Shown: positions 10,811 to 19,350 of the stretch, piece by piece
How the letters are laid out: the number at the start of each line of letters is the position of its first letter
Numbering within the stretch: position 1 is the first letter of the stretch
Source of the DNA: Bacteroidales bacterium
GTDB lineage: Bacteria > Bacteroidota > Bacteroidia > Bacteroidales > UBA10428
DNA: 64,000 nt
Direction of reading: 5' to 3'
Assembly: GCA_016935435.1 (NCBI GenBank)
Contig: JAFGQZ010000043.1
Span: forward strand, 16,530 to 80,529
Program-made: the position numbers and the translations under genes
Notes under the pieces: generated by a model
What the model saw: only the letters and a program-made list of their open reading frames with translations
Databases searched by the model: none
Told to the model about the DNA's origin: nothing

Positions 10811-12349
10811 ATGACTAAAGCAGAGAACCATATCCTGGTTATTTTTGGGGCTTCAGGCGATTTAACCATGCGCAAACTTATTCCGGCCGTTTTTGAGCTA
10901 TCGGAGCAAAAACTTTTGCCTGAAAAATTTGCAGTTCTTGGTGTTGGGCGTACAGCATTGTCTGATAATAGTTTCAGGGCAAAAATGAAAGAATCGGTTA
11001 CCGCCTTTTCTTCACATGCAAAAGAAAATAAGGCCAACCTCGATAACTTTATTGGAAAATTGCACTACACCGGAATAAACACTTCCGATATTGCCGATTA
11101 TAAATTGCTTAAAGACAAAATTGAGGAGCTTGCAATAAGCCTGAACATTCCCTGCAATATAATTTACTATCTGGCAACACCTCCTTCGCTATACGAAATT
11201 ATACCACACCACCTTTACGAAAGCGGGTTAAATATGCCAGGATGCGAAAAAGGCTGGAAAAGACTAATAATTGAAAAGCCCTTTGGCACCGATTTAGAAA
11301 CAGCAAAAACACTGAACCGGAACCTGTTAAAATATTTTGACGAAAGCCAGATATACCGCATCGATCATTACCTGGGCAAAGAAACAGTTCAGAACGTTTT
11401 GGTTACAAGGTTTTCAAACGGAATTTTCGAACCTTTGTGGAACCGCAACTATATACACCGTGTTGAAATTACATCGGCCGAAAATATAGGAGTGGAAAAC
11501 CGTGGGGGCTATTACGATCATTCGGGGGCGCTGCGCGATATGCTGCAAAACCACCTGTTACAATTAACCGCCCTTATTGCTATGGAGCCGCCTACAGTTG
11601 TAAGTTCAACAGCAATACGCAACGAAACCATGAAAGTTTTTCAGGCCTTTAAGCCCCTATCGCCCGACGATGTTATTAATAATGTCATTCGCGGACAATA
11701 TATCGCTTCTGTTATCAGGGGCGAAAATGTAAACGGTTACCGCGAAGAAAAAGGGGTTGATCCGGATTCGCGCACCGAAACATTTGTTGCCATGAAATTC
11801 TTTATCGACAATTGGCGCTGGGGTGGGGTGCCCTTTTATATCCGAACGGGTAAGCGACTGCCCACAAGGGTTACAGAAGTGGTAATTCACTTTCGCCAAA
11901 CCCCGCACCACCTGTTTCAAAGCATGAAATTCTTAAGCAGCACACAAAATCAGCTTGTAATACGTATTCAGCCCGACGAAGGTATCTTGCTCAAGTTTGG
12001 GATGAAAGTGCCCGGCGCAGGTTTTGAGGTACAAAATGTAAATATGGATTTTCATTACGACAGCCTGAAAGACATACATCTTCCAAGTGCATACGAAAGG
12101 TTGCTGCTCGATTGTATGCAGGGCGATCAGACCCTGTATTCACGTGGCGATGCTGTGGAAGCTGCATGGGAATTTGTCCAGCCCGTGCTCGATACATGGA
12201 AGAATAACCCCAAAGCCCCGCTGTACGGTTACCCGGCAGGTACCTGGGGCCCCGACAAAGTGGTCGATGCCCTGCTTGGCGAAGCCGGAATATTGTGGCG
12301 ATACCCATGTAAAAACTTATCGAACGATGGTGAATTCTGCGAACTCTAA
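10811..12349 (+). CDS. zwf: Glucose-6-phosphate 1-dehydrogenase
   Basis: IFGASGDL, IIEKPFG, RIDHYLGKE, RWGGVPFYIRTGK; ATG at 10811 preferred over TTG at 10805. Confidence 0.97.
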   Translation: MTKAENHILVIFGASGDLTMRKLIPAVFELSEQKLLPEKFAVLGVGRTALSDNSFRAKMKESVTAFSSHAKENKANLDNFIGKLHYTGINTSDIADYKLLKDKIEELAISLNIPCNIIYYLATPPSLYEIIPHHLYESGLNMPGCEKGWKRLIIEKPFGTDLETAKTLNRNLLKYFDESQIYRIDHYLGKETVQNVLVTRFSNGIFEPLWNRNYIHRVEITSAENIGVENRGGYYDHSGALRDMLQNHLLQLTALIAMEPPTVVSSTAIRNETMKVFQAFKPLSPDDVINNVIRGQYIASVIRGENVNGYREEKGVDPDSRTETFVAMKFFIDNWRWGGVPFYIRTGKRLPTRVTEVVIHFRQTPHHLFQSMKFLSSTQNQLVIRIQPDEGILLKFGMKVPGAGFEVQNVNMDFHYDSLKDIHLPSAYERLLLDCMQGDQTLYSRGDAVEAAWEFVQPVLDTWKNNPKAPLYGYPAGTWGPDKVVDALLGEAGILWRYPCKNLSNDGEFCEL

Positions 12350-12362
12350 CATACCCAAAATT

Positions 12363-13094
12363 ATGTCAAACCCTGTTGTTAAAATTGCTGCATCGCCCGA
12401 AGAAACTGCCCATGAGATGGCAGTGTTTTTGGCTGCTGAAATCAACTCTTCGCCAGATAAATATTTTATTGCCCTTTCTGGCGGCTCTACTCCCAAAATA
12501 TTGTATAAAATACTAGCACAGGAATTCAAAAACTCTGTTGAATGGCACAAAGCCCATTTTTTTGTGGGCGACGACAGGTTGGTTCCTGTATCGAGCTCCG
12601 AAAGCAATTATGGCGAAGCTAAGCGGTTGTTGTTCGATAATATTTCTGTTCCACTGGAAAATATACATCCTGTCGATGGTTTAATACCACCCGAAATTGA
12701 AGCGGAACGTTATTCTGAAAAAATTAATGAACTGGTGCCCATGGAACACGGCCTGCCATGTTTCGATCTTATGCTTCTCGGATTGGGCGAAGATGGGCAT
12801 ACCGCCTCGATTTTTCCTAACCGCTTGGATCTTTTATCGTCCGATAAAAATTATGGCCCGGCCTGGCACCCCGAAACTAACCAACCACGGGTTACTGTTA
12901 CCGGAAAGGTAATAAACAACTCAAGAAAAATTATTTTTTTGGTTACCGGCAGGTCAAAATCGAAAATAGTCGATGAAATACTTAATAAGAAGGGCGACTT
13001 CTTAAAGTATCCGGCTGCACATATCGAACCTATGACTGGACAAGTATTCTGGTTTTTAGATAATAGCGCTGCAAAAAAAATAAGGAAAGATTAA
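12363..13094 (+). CDS. pgl: 6-phosphogluconolactonase
   Basis: ALSGGSTP, GDDRLVP, LLGLGEDGHTASIFP; real start ATG 12363, not the track start 12087 that overlaps zwf. Confidence 0.95.
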   Translation: MSNPVVKIAASPEETAHEMAVFLAAEINSSPDKYFIALSGGSTPKILYKILAQEFKNSVEWHKAHFFVGDDRLVPVSSSESNYGEAKRLLFDNISVPLENIHPVDGLIPPEIEAERYSEKINELVPMEHGLPCFDLMLLGLGEDGHTASIFPNRLDLLSSDKNYGPAWHPETNQPRVTVTGKVINNSRKIIFLVTGRSKSKIVDEILNKKGDFLKYPAAHIEPMTGQVFWFLDNSAAKKIRKD

Positions 13095-13142
13095 AACTTG
13101 CCGGATGTATAATTGTATTGGTCGGGGGCATTTCTTTTATTC

Positions 13143-13211
13143 ACCCTAATATGTTTTGCTTCGGAACAAAACTGGCCGATAATTAATGTATTGTGCATTT
13201 TTTATTAGGGT
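13143..13211. terminator. Structured spacer between convergent pgl and hdr-like operon
   Basis: GTTTTG-cTTCGg-aa-CAAAAC hairpin with a UUCG loop at 13153-13172, inside outer 9-bp arms ACCCTAATA / TATTAGGGT. Confidence 0.55.
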
Positions 13212-13212
13212 T

Positions 13213-15039
13213 TTATAGTGCCTGTTCCAAAACCTTTTTATCGGCACAGGCATTGCTTTTATTTTTCTGAACAATACTGGCAGCAACAACTTCGGAAATA
13301 TCTTTAACCATGATTTTGTTTCCCCTCGCAAAAGTTTTCTTACAAAGGGGGCACGATGTAATTAAACTATCGGGCGAATACTGCAAATATTCATCAAGTG
13401 CATTATTGGTAATTATATCGCGCTCACTCATTTGTATTTTGATGTTCGAAAGGCTTCCCCCGCAGCACAAACTTTTTTCTTTCTCGTTCATTATCGGTAT
13501 CAGGCTGGTATAGTTCGATAATAATTTACGGGGCTTATCGTATATGCCCGAACCCCTTCCTAGCTCACACGGGTCGTGATAAATTGATTTTTCGGAAGTT
13601 AAACGTTTTGGCAATGACCCCATTTGCATTAGCTCAAATAAATATTCGGAGTGATGTTGTACTTTAATGTCTGGTAGGTTATAGTCTTCAATAAAAACTT
13701 TATAACAAATCGGACAAGATACAACGAGCTTTTTGGCCCCCGAAGCCAATATTTTTTGCTGATTGTTTTCGATGAGCACTGCCGCAGCATCGTACTGTCC
13801 GGCCTGCATCAGGGGCCTTCCGCAACAGGGTGCCTTGTGCTCGTCCATAAACCAGTAATCGACTCCGGAATATGCAAAAATCTGTAGCATCGATTTTTTT
13901 ATTGAAGGGGTAAGATGGGTCATACAGCCGGCAAAATAAACCACATCGGCTTGTTTTACCTCTCCACCGGCCAAATAAGAATAAGAAGAATTGTATTGCA
14001 AAGTCGATTCTATGCGCTGGGTAATGCGCAGGTCGATTAGTTCTATGCCCACCGGGCAAACCTGCTGGCATTTGCCGCACAACAGGCAGTTAAACAATAC
14101 TTCGTCGGTAAGGTTTTTATTTCGAATATTCTTCAGTACATAAACCGATTGGGTGTGAATATTGGCCAGGTTTAGCTGGCAGGTATCAAGGCATATTCCG
14201 CAACGCGAGCAGGAAAACACCTGTACCAACGAATAAGTATTAACTCGTTTTTTAAGCCTTACACTATAGTTTCGCAAAAAAATAAAGAATACTTCTGCCG
14301 GTATATGCATATACCTCGAATTGGGCAGGCTGACAAAGAAAAAGCCCAGGGCAAACGAATAAGCTAACCATGTAACCGGTGTTGTTAGTTCAAGTGGCAC
14401 AAAAAGTGAAAACAAGTTTCCTAAGGGTTGCGTAATAATGCCACCATTTTTTAGTTGCCCCGCAGAAAAACTTTCGGCCAGCAACCGTAAAGGAAATATC
14501 AGCCACAACGCTGTCAGGGCTATACGGTCGCCCGATTTCAGCCGTGTAGCTTTTTTCATGCCAAAAAGTTTTTTGTTGAACCTTTTGTAATAGGCAAGCG
14601 AAACACCCGAGAGTACAAAGAGCAGTAATAAATCCATGAGCGATGCAAAAAAATGCATGAAGGGGTATGTTTCGATGCCATCGACAAAAAAACGGAAAAA
14701 AATAGGCAGATAAACCGGAAAAGAGAGGGAACCTTTATAAGCAACGGCTTCGAAATGGCCAAAAACAATAAGCAGGAACCAGCCAAAAGCCAGGCTCATG
14801 TGCATGTAGCCAAGCACCGGGTTTGTGCGGAAAATTTTCCTGTGGAGCAGCCCTTCGCGAAAGGCTTCAATGGCCGAATCGAGGGTTTTGCGCGAGCGAA
14901 GTCCTTTCCATATACGTATTTTGTCGATTTTCGACAGGCCCAGGGTCCATCGCACAAAGCGGTAGAGAACGATTATGGAAAAATATGCCAGCCCGATTAT
15001 AAAAGGCCAGATAAATATTTCGGGCAATAGTTTATTCAT
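13213..15039 (-). CDS. Membrane-bound Fe-S oxidoreductase: NarI/HdrE-like cytochrome b domain fused to HdrD-like 2x[4Fe-4S] and two CCG domains
   Basis: 608 aa; hydrophobic N-half with YMH motifs; CSRCGICLDTC and CLLCGKCQQVCP; GC..CCG..CPIC and PC..CCG..CPLC. Confidence 0.85.
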   Translation of the reverse strand: MNKLLPEIFIWPFIIGLAYFSIIVLYRFVRWTLGLSKIDKIRIWKGLRSRKTLDSAIEAFREGLLHRKIFRTNPVLGYMHMSLAFGWFLLIVFGHFEAVAYKGSLSFPVYLPIFFRFFVDGIETYPFMHFFASLMDLLLLFVLSGVSLAYYKRFNKKLFGMKKATRLKSGDRIALTALWLIFPLRLLAESFSAGQLKNGGIITQPLGNLFSLFVPLELTTPVTWLAYSFALGFFFVSLPNSRYMHIPAEVFFIFLRNYSVRLKKRVNTYSLVQVFSCSRCGICLDTCQLNLANIHTQSVYVLKNIRNKNLTDEVLFNCLLCGKCQQVCPVGIELIDLRITQRIESTLQYNSSYSYLAGGEVKQADVVYFAGCMTHLTPSIKKSMLQIFAYSGVDYWFMDEHKAPCCGRPLMQAGQYDAAAVLIENNQQKILASGAKKLVVSCPICYKVFIEDYNLPDIKVQHHSEYLFELMQMGSLPKRLTSEKSIYHDPCELGRGSGIYDKPRKLLSNYTSLIPIMNEKEKSLCCGGSLSNIKIQMSERDIITNNALDEYLQYSPDSLITSCPLCKKTFARGNKIMVKDISEVVAASIVQKNKSNACADKKVLEQAL

Positions 15040-15376
15040 TTCTAAATTTTACAATTCCTTTTTTTATGAGCATAACCACGTTACGAATATTAATATCGCG
15101 CGGGCAAACCAGCGTACACTTGCCACAGAGCATGCATTTATCGATTTCGCGGGCGAGGCTTTCAATATCGCACCGGCGCAGAAAAAGGTTTATTTTTCGC
15201 ACATTGAAGTCGATAAGGTTACCGGCGCTGCAAGTGGCTGTGCAGCCTCCGCAGGAAATACAGGTAAGGAACGAAGCCTCGTTTTCGAGAACATAACCTA
15301 ACAGGCGGTTGTCGAGCTCCCCAAAATTAACAGTGCGGGTTTCCATAACCGAAAAGCCAAATTTGCCCATTTGCAT
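15032..15376 (-). CDS. Small HdrC-like 4Fe-4S dicluster protein
   Basis: 114 aa; CISCGGCTATC and CMLCGKCTLVCP; TAATG coupling to the upstream gene. Confidence 0.85.
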   Translation of the reverse strand: MQMGKFGFSVMETRTVNFGELDNRLLGYVLENEASFLTCISCGGCTATCSAGNLIDFNVRKINLFLRRCDIESLAREIDKCMLCGKCTLVCPRDINIRNVVMLIKKGIVKFRNE

Positions 15377-16401
15377 TAGTTTTCAATTAAATAACGGTGA
15401 ACTTCAAAAGCTGCCGAGCGGGCATGTTCAATGGTATCTTTCACCGACATGGGGCAGCTGCACGAACCTGCAACAAATATTCCCTTGCGGCTGGTAAGGT
15501 TTCCGGCAAGGTGCACATCGGGTATTTTTAAATAGCCATACTGGTTAAACTCAATGTTGCATGCTTTTCCTATAGCCGTAGTACCAACGCCCGGTTCCAT
15601 TCCAACCAGCAATACCACTAAATCGACATTCATTTTCAACGGCCGCCCCGACAGGGTGTCTTCGGCTTTAATCAGGAGGGAATGGTCGATATTTTCCGAT
15701 ACTTCAGATAATCTTCCCCTGATAAACTGGATGTTGTGTTTTTCTTGTGCTGTTTTATATATTTCTTCATGTTCGAGGCCATGCATCCTTAAATCCATAT
15801 AAAAATTGAATATTTGTGTGGCGGGCAGAAGCTTATTGACTTCAATGGCCTGTTTAACACCTGTTACACAGCATACTTTTGAGCAATAAGTGTTGCCCAC
15901 TTTGGCATCGCGTGAGCCTACACAATGGATAAATGCAATACGCTGCGGGGTTTTACCGGCTAGGGTTGTAAGAGGTGTGCCCGATTTAAGCCGTTTTTCC
16001 AAATCGGCAGAGGTTATTACATTATCGTAAATTTTATAGCCATATTCTTCTTTGCGTTCGGCACTGAACACCTCAAAACCGGTTGCAACAATAACCGCGT
16101 GTGCGCTGTAGCTTACCCCGTGGTTCGATTTCAAAACAAAGCCCGATTTTATGTTCTCGAACGATGCAATGGTTGTATTGGGGAATAAGGTAATGCCTGG
16201 TGTTTTCCCTTTTCGCGAAAGGTAATCTTCGATTTCTTCGGCTTTACGCATATTCGGGAACAGGTGATCCCAGTTTTTAAGTTTGCCACCAAAGTCGGGT
16301 TCTTTTTCAATTACCGAAACTGCGTACCCCAGTTCGGCCAGAATTCCCGAAGCTTCGATTCCGGCAATGCCGCCTCCGATTGTTACTATACTTTTTCCCA
16401 A
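15376..16401 (-). CDS. hdrA: Short HdrA-like FAD/[4Fe-4S] protein lacking ferredoxin domains
   Basis: 341 aa; IGGGIAG Rossmann motif, VIVATG, EYGY, CVGSRD, YCSKVCC, YMDLR; TTG start. Confidence 0.85.
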   Translation of the reverse strand: MGKSIVTIGGGIAGIEASGILAELGYAVSVIEKEPDFGGKLKNWDHLFPNMRKAEEIEDYLSRKGKTPGITLFPNTTIASFENIKSGFVLKSNHGVSYSAHAVIVATGFEVFSAERKEEYGYKIYDNVITSADLEKRLKSGTPLTTLAGKTPQRIAFIHCVGSRDAKVGNTYCSKVCCVTGVKQAIEVNKLLPATQIFNFYMDLRMHGLEHEEIYKTAQEKHNIQFIRGRLSEVSENIDHSLLIKAEDTLSGRPLKMNVDLVVLLVGMEPGVGTTAIGKACNIEFNQYGYLKIPDVHLAGNLTSRKGIFVAGSCSCPMSVKDTIEHARSAAFEVHRYLIEN

Positions 16402-16442
16402 GGGTTATACTGTTTTAATTGTTTTGTTCTTCAAGAGTTTAT

Positions 16443-17507
16443 CTATGCTAAACATGCTGCAACTTCCGGCCGACCAATATATTTTTTGTTTGCGCCCAGG
16501 TATTTGTCTTCGGGGTTATAGGGCACTTTCATTTTATCGAGCAGTGGCTCGCAATCGATTTGGTGCATTTGCAGCCCTAAGTCCCACGGGTTATAACCCA
16601 AAACAAGTCCGGCAAGTTCTTCGTAGGTAAGAACCGGAATGCCTTTTCCATTCTGTCCGTAAGTTTTTCCCTGCATTTCAGCAAGGGTATATTGCCATTT
16701 ATCGAGGAACATATTACAGCCAGGGCAGTTGGCCACAATGGCATCGGGCATGTATGGCTCCATCGACTCAAACTTTTTCTTTGAATTCGATAAGGAATAT
16801 CCCCTGTTCGACTGAACCATATATTGCCGAAACCCAAAGCCACAACAATGCCTCCGTTCGGGATAATCGACCACTTCGCCGCCCCATTCCTCTATCATGC
16901 CGGAAAGCACATGAGGAAATTCTGCTCCGCCAACACCCTTCGAAGGGAACATTTTTGAGTAGTGGCAGCCAATATGTTCAACTATTTTTAAAGGTTTACC
17001 GGTTTGCTTGTTTATCAGCTCAAATTGTTGCTTTTCAGCAATCTCTCCTTTGAATTTATATATTATATCGCTGGCATGGGCAATGTTGGCTGGCACTTCA
17101 AACTCTTTGCCTATAGCTTTTTTAAGGGATTTTCTAACCTTTTCCAGTTCTTCGGGGAATTCTTTCCAGGTTTCGGTAATTTCGGAATAAATGCCAAACG
17201 ATGTAACACACGATATAGCCATGTTTTTATATCCGGCCTCTGTCATTAAGGCGAAATGCCTGGCCACCACAGCCTGTATAGTGTCGAAGGGAACAACATC
17301 GGTATGGTAACCTATACCGGTGCAGGTAGTATGGAGAGGATCGTCGTAAATGTCCTTTCCAAGCTCGTCCCTTAAAATCTTCAAAAAGGTTTTTTCCGAT
17401 GCGGGAAAGAAATTTTGCCTGATACAACTACGCTGGTAATAAAAATGGTCGCAGGCAATTTCTTTCTGGTATTCTCGCCATATATTTCGTTTTCCTTCGG
17501 CTTTCAT
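16443..17507 (-). CDS. hdrB: HdrB-like CCG-domain protein
   Basis: 354 aa; C-terminal HIGCH...HCCGFG...NCPGC domain; N-terminal domain partly degenerate. Confidence 0.85.
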   Translation of the reverse strand: MKAEGKRNIWREYQKEIACDHFYYQRSCIRQNFFPASEKTFLKILRDELGKDIYDDPLHTTCTGIGYHTDVVPFDTIQAVVARHFALMTEAGYKNMAISCVTSFGIYSEITETWKEFPEELEKVRKSLKKAIGKEFEVPANIAHASDIIYKFKGEIAEKQQFELINKQTGKPLKIVEHIGCHYSKMFPSKGVGGAEFPHVLSGMIEEWGGEVVDYPERRHCCGFGFRQYMVQSNRGYSLSNSKKKFESMEPYMPDAIVANCPGCNMFLDKWQYTLAEMQGKTYGQNGKGIPVLTYEELAGLVLGYNPWDLGLQMHQIDCEPLLDKMKVPYNPEDKYLGANKKYIGRPEVAACLA

Positions 17508-18199
17508 ATTTTATCTTCTGCATTAACTTTTTCTATGTATTTATCGATATTGCCATCGGTGCCTTCCAACCCGGCTTCCCGGGCCTTCATGGCACTGAAT
17601 TTCTCAATTTTATCAAATAATAAAGTGCCCCCGGTAACTTCAAAAATAGCCTTTAATTCCCCCAGTACTTCATTGTTTATTTTACGCAATGTTCCGGCCC
17701 CTTCTTTATCAAAGTTTCCACCCATACGTTCGTAAACATCGTTCGGGTTGTTGTAAACCCATTCCCACACAGGCCCCTGTTCGGGGTGCAATTCGGGTTT
17801 AACTATCGATGGATGTATGCAGTAACCTGTTTTAAGAATGGTATCGCCAATGTTGCGCTTAATTAGAATTTGCTGCCTCCCTTTTACACTTTCGGTAAAA
17901 TAACCCAGTTCCTGCGATATCTTTCTTAGCACGTTTATAACCAAACCCGGACAATTATTACGAGGACAGCGGGTTTTGCATGACATGCACTGCCCACAGT
18001 ACCAGATTGTGTCGCTCTTTAACAACTCAATAATAGCTTCTTCGTCGTTCGATTGTACTATTGACACCAGCATGCGCGGATCGTAATCGTAAAATTCGGC
18101 AGCCGGGCAAATAGCCGTGCAAACACCACAATTCATGCAGGCCTTCAGCCCTTCGTGAAAGCGTACATCCTGCTTTAATAAATCAAGGACAATTCCCAT
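17504..18199 (-). CDS. hdrC: HdrC-like 4Fe-4S dicluster protein
   Basis: 231 aa; CMNCGVCTAICP and IWYCGQCMSCKTRCP; 4-nt overlap with the hdrB-like gene. Confidence 0.85.
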   Translation of the reverse strand: MGIVLDLLKQDVRFHEGLKACMNCGVCTAICPAAEFYDYDPRMLVSIVQSNDEEAIIELLKSDTIWYCGQCMSCKTRCPRNNCPGLVINVLRKISQELGYFTESVKGRQQILIKRNIGDTILKTGYCIHPSIVKPELHPEQGPVWEWVYNNPNDVYERMGGNFDKEGAGTLRKINNEVLGELKAIFEVTGGTLLFDKIEKFSAMKAREAGLEGTDGNIDKYIEKVNAEDKI

Positions 18200-18234
18200 A
18201 AATACGACTTTAATTTTGTTTGGGCGAATATTTA

Positions 18235-18273
18235 CAAAGCTATTCTATACCAATTGAGGTGTAAACAGCTCAA
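18235..18273 (-). promoter_or_regulatory. Putative promoter of the hdr-like operon with an adjacent palindrome
   Basis: TAGCTTTG (TAnnTTTG) on the minus strand at 18235-18242; imperfect 20-bp palindrome at 18254-18273. Confidence 0.5.
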
Positions 18274-18319
18274 AATCGTATTTTGGGGTAAGTATTTATA
18301 CTTATAGAGGGTTTGTGGC

Positions 18320-18493
18320 GGTTGGAAGTTCAAGGTTTAAAGTTTAAAGTTTAAAGTTCAAAGTTCAAGGTTTAAAGTTTGAAGTGAGCTGTGAACGGTG
18401 AACAGGGAAAAAAATCATACTTATCATTCATTAATTCTCTTCATTTTCTTCATTTTCTTCATTCACCTCAGCACCAGCCTCAACCTCAGCCTC
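18320..18493 (+). repeat. Composite dispersed repeat, copy 1 (8 heptamers + 37-bp core + 9-mer block + hexamer block)
   Basis: GGTTGG, 8 AAGTTYA-type units at 18326-18381, core AAGTGAGCTGTGAACGGTGAACAGGGAAAAAAATCAT at 18382-18418, TTCATTTTC units, ACCTCA-like units. Confidence 0.9.
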
Positions 18494-18519
18494 TAATTTG
18501 TTGCCGGAGCATTTAGGGA

Positions 18520-19032
18520 CTAAAGTACTTTTAATAATTTTGTGCATTTGTTTTTTAAGCCTGCAGAAGCATCTATTGTAACCGACTCCAAAATAGCCTT
18601 AAGTTCTGGTTTTATTTCGGGGTATTTTTTCACCACTTTGAAAAGTATATCAATAGAAAAAGCCCTTATTGCAATTGCTTCGCCAGGTTCGCTTGCAAAA
18701 CGGAAACAGATATCGGCAAGTTCGCCCAATTGTTCCTCATCGATAAATACCTTTGTTTCCAGAAGGACTTTAAGTGTACAACGTTTCACCCCATCGATTT
18801 TCGACTTTAACAAAGTGTTTATAAGTGTTTGAATGTGTGGCCTTAACATTTCGGGATATTTTTCGGCAGAAAGCTGAACAACCCTGGCCGCCCGCATCGA
18901 AAGCGGATATTTGTCTGCCAGCATTAAAGCCAATGCCTGGTCGAACAATTCCTGGCTTTTGCCTATGTTCGTCACAACAATGTCGGCAATAACTCTCGAC
19001 GAATCAATCAGTTGTTCTTCAATGGCACCCAT
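18520..19032 (-). CDS. Conserved hypothetical all-helical (HEAT/ARM-like) protein
   Basis: 170 aa; LSMRAARV, EAIAIRAFSIDIL, SAGLKNK pattern typical of small Bacteroidota HEAT-like proteins. Confidence 0.6.
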   Translation of the reverse strand: MGAIEEQLIDSSRVIADIVVTNIGKSQELFDQALALMLADKYPLSMRAARVVQLSAEKYPEMLRPHIQTLINTLLKSKIDGVKRCTLKVLLETKVFIDEEQLGELADICFRFASEPGEAIAIRAFSIDILFKVVKKYPEIKPELKAILESVTIDASAGLKNKCTKLLKVL

Positions 19033-19079
19033 ATTAAAAATTTTGTAAATTAGTTGCTAAAATTACATGATTTACCATT

Positions 19080-19346
19080 ATGATGAAAGTATGGACACCT
19101 ACCGAACGCGAAATAGAAAACACAAAGGCCTGGGGCAACTGGAGCAAAGAGGTTTCGGAATTTCCCTGGTTTTACGATGACCAGGAAACCTGTTTTATAC
19201 TTGAAGGCGAAGCCGAAGTAAGCGATGAGAAAGGCAATATAATACGTTTCAAAGCTGGCGATATGGTTCAGTTCGAAGAAGGCCTGGAGTGTGTTTGGAA
19301 AATTACAAGGGCAGTAAAAAAGCGGTATATTTTTGGCGAGGGATAA
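19080..19346 (+). CDS. Cupin_3 / EutQ-like cupin
   Basis: 88 aa; WSKEVSEFPWFYDDQETCFILEG, FKAGDMVQFEEGLECVW. Confidence 0.88.
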   Translation: MMKVWTPTEREIENTKAWGNWSKEVSEFPWFYDDQETCFILEGEAEVSDEKGNIIRFKAGDMVQFEEGLECVWKITRAVKKRYIFGEG

Positions 19347-19350
19347 AATT

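Noticed and set aside
12087-12362. 92-codon N-terminal extension of pgl in the ORF track
   Set aside because: It overlaps the zwf coding region; homology begins at ATG 12363, 13 nt after the zwf stop
10811-13094. zwf-pgl without gnd as a sign of an unusual pathway
   Set aside because: gnd or edd/eda may lie elsewhere in the genome; a 64-kb window cannot show absence
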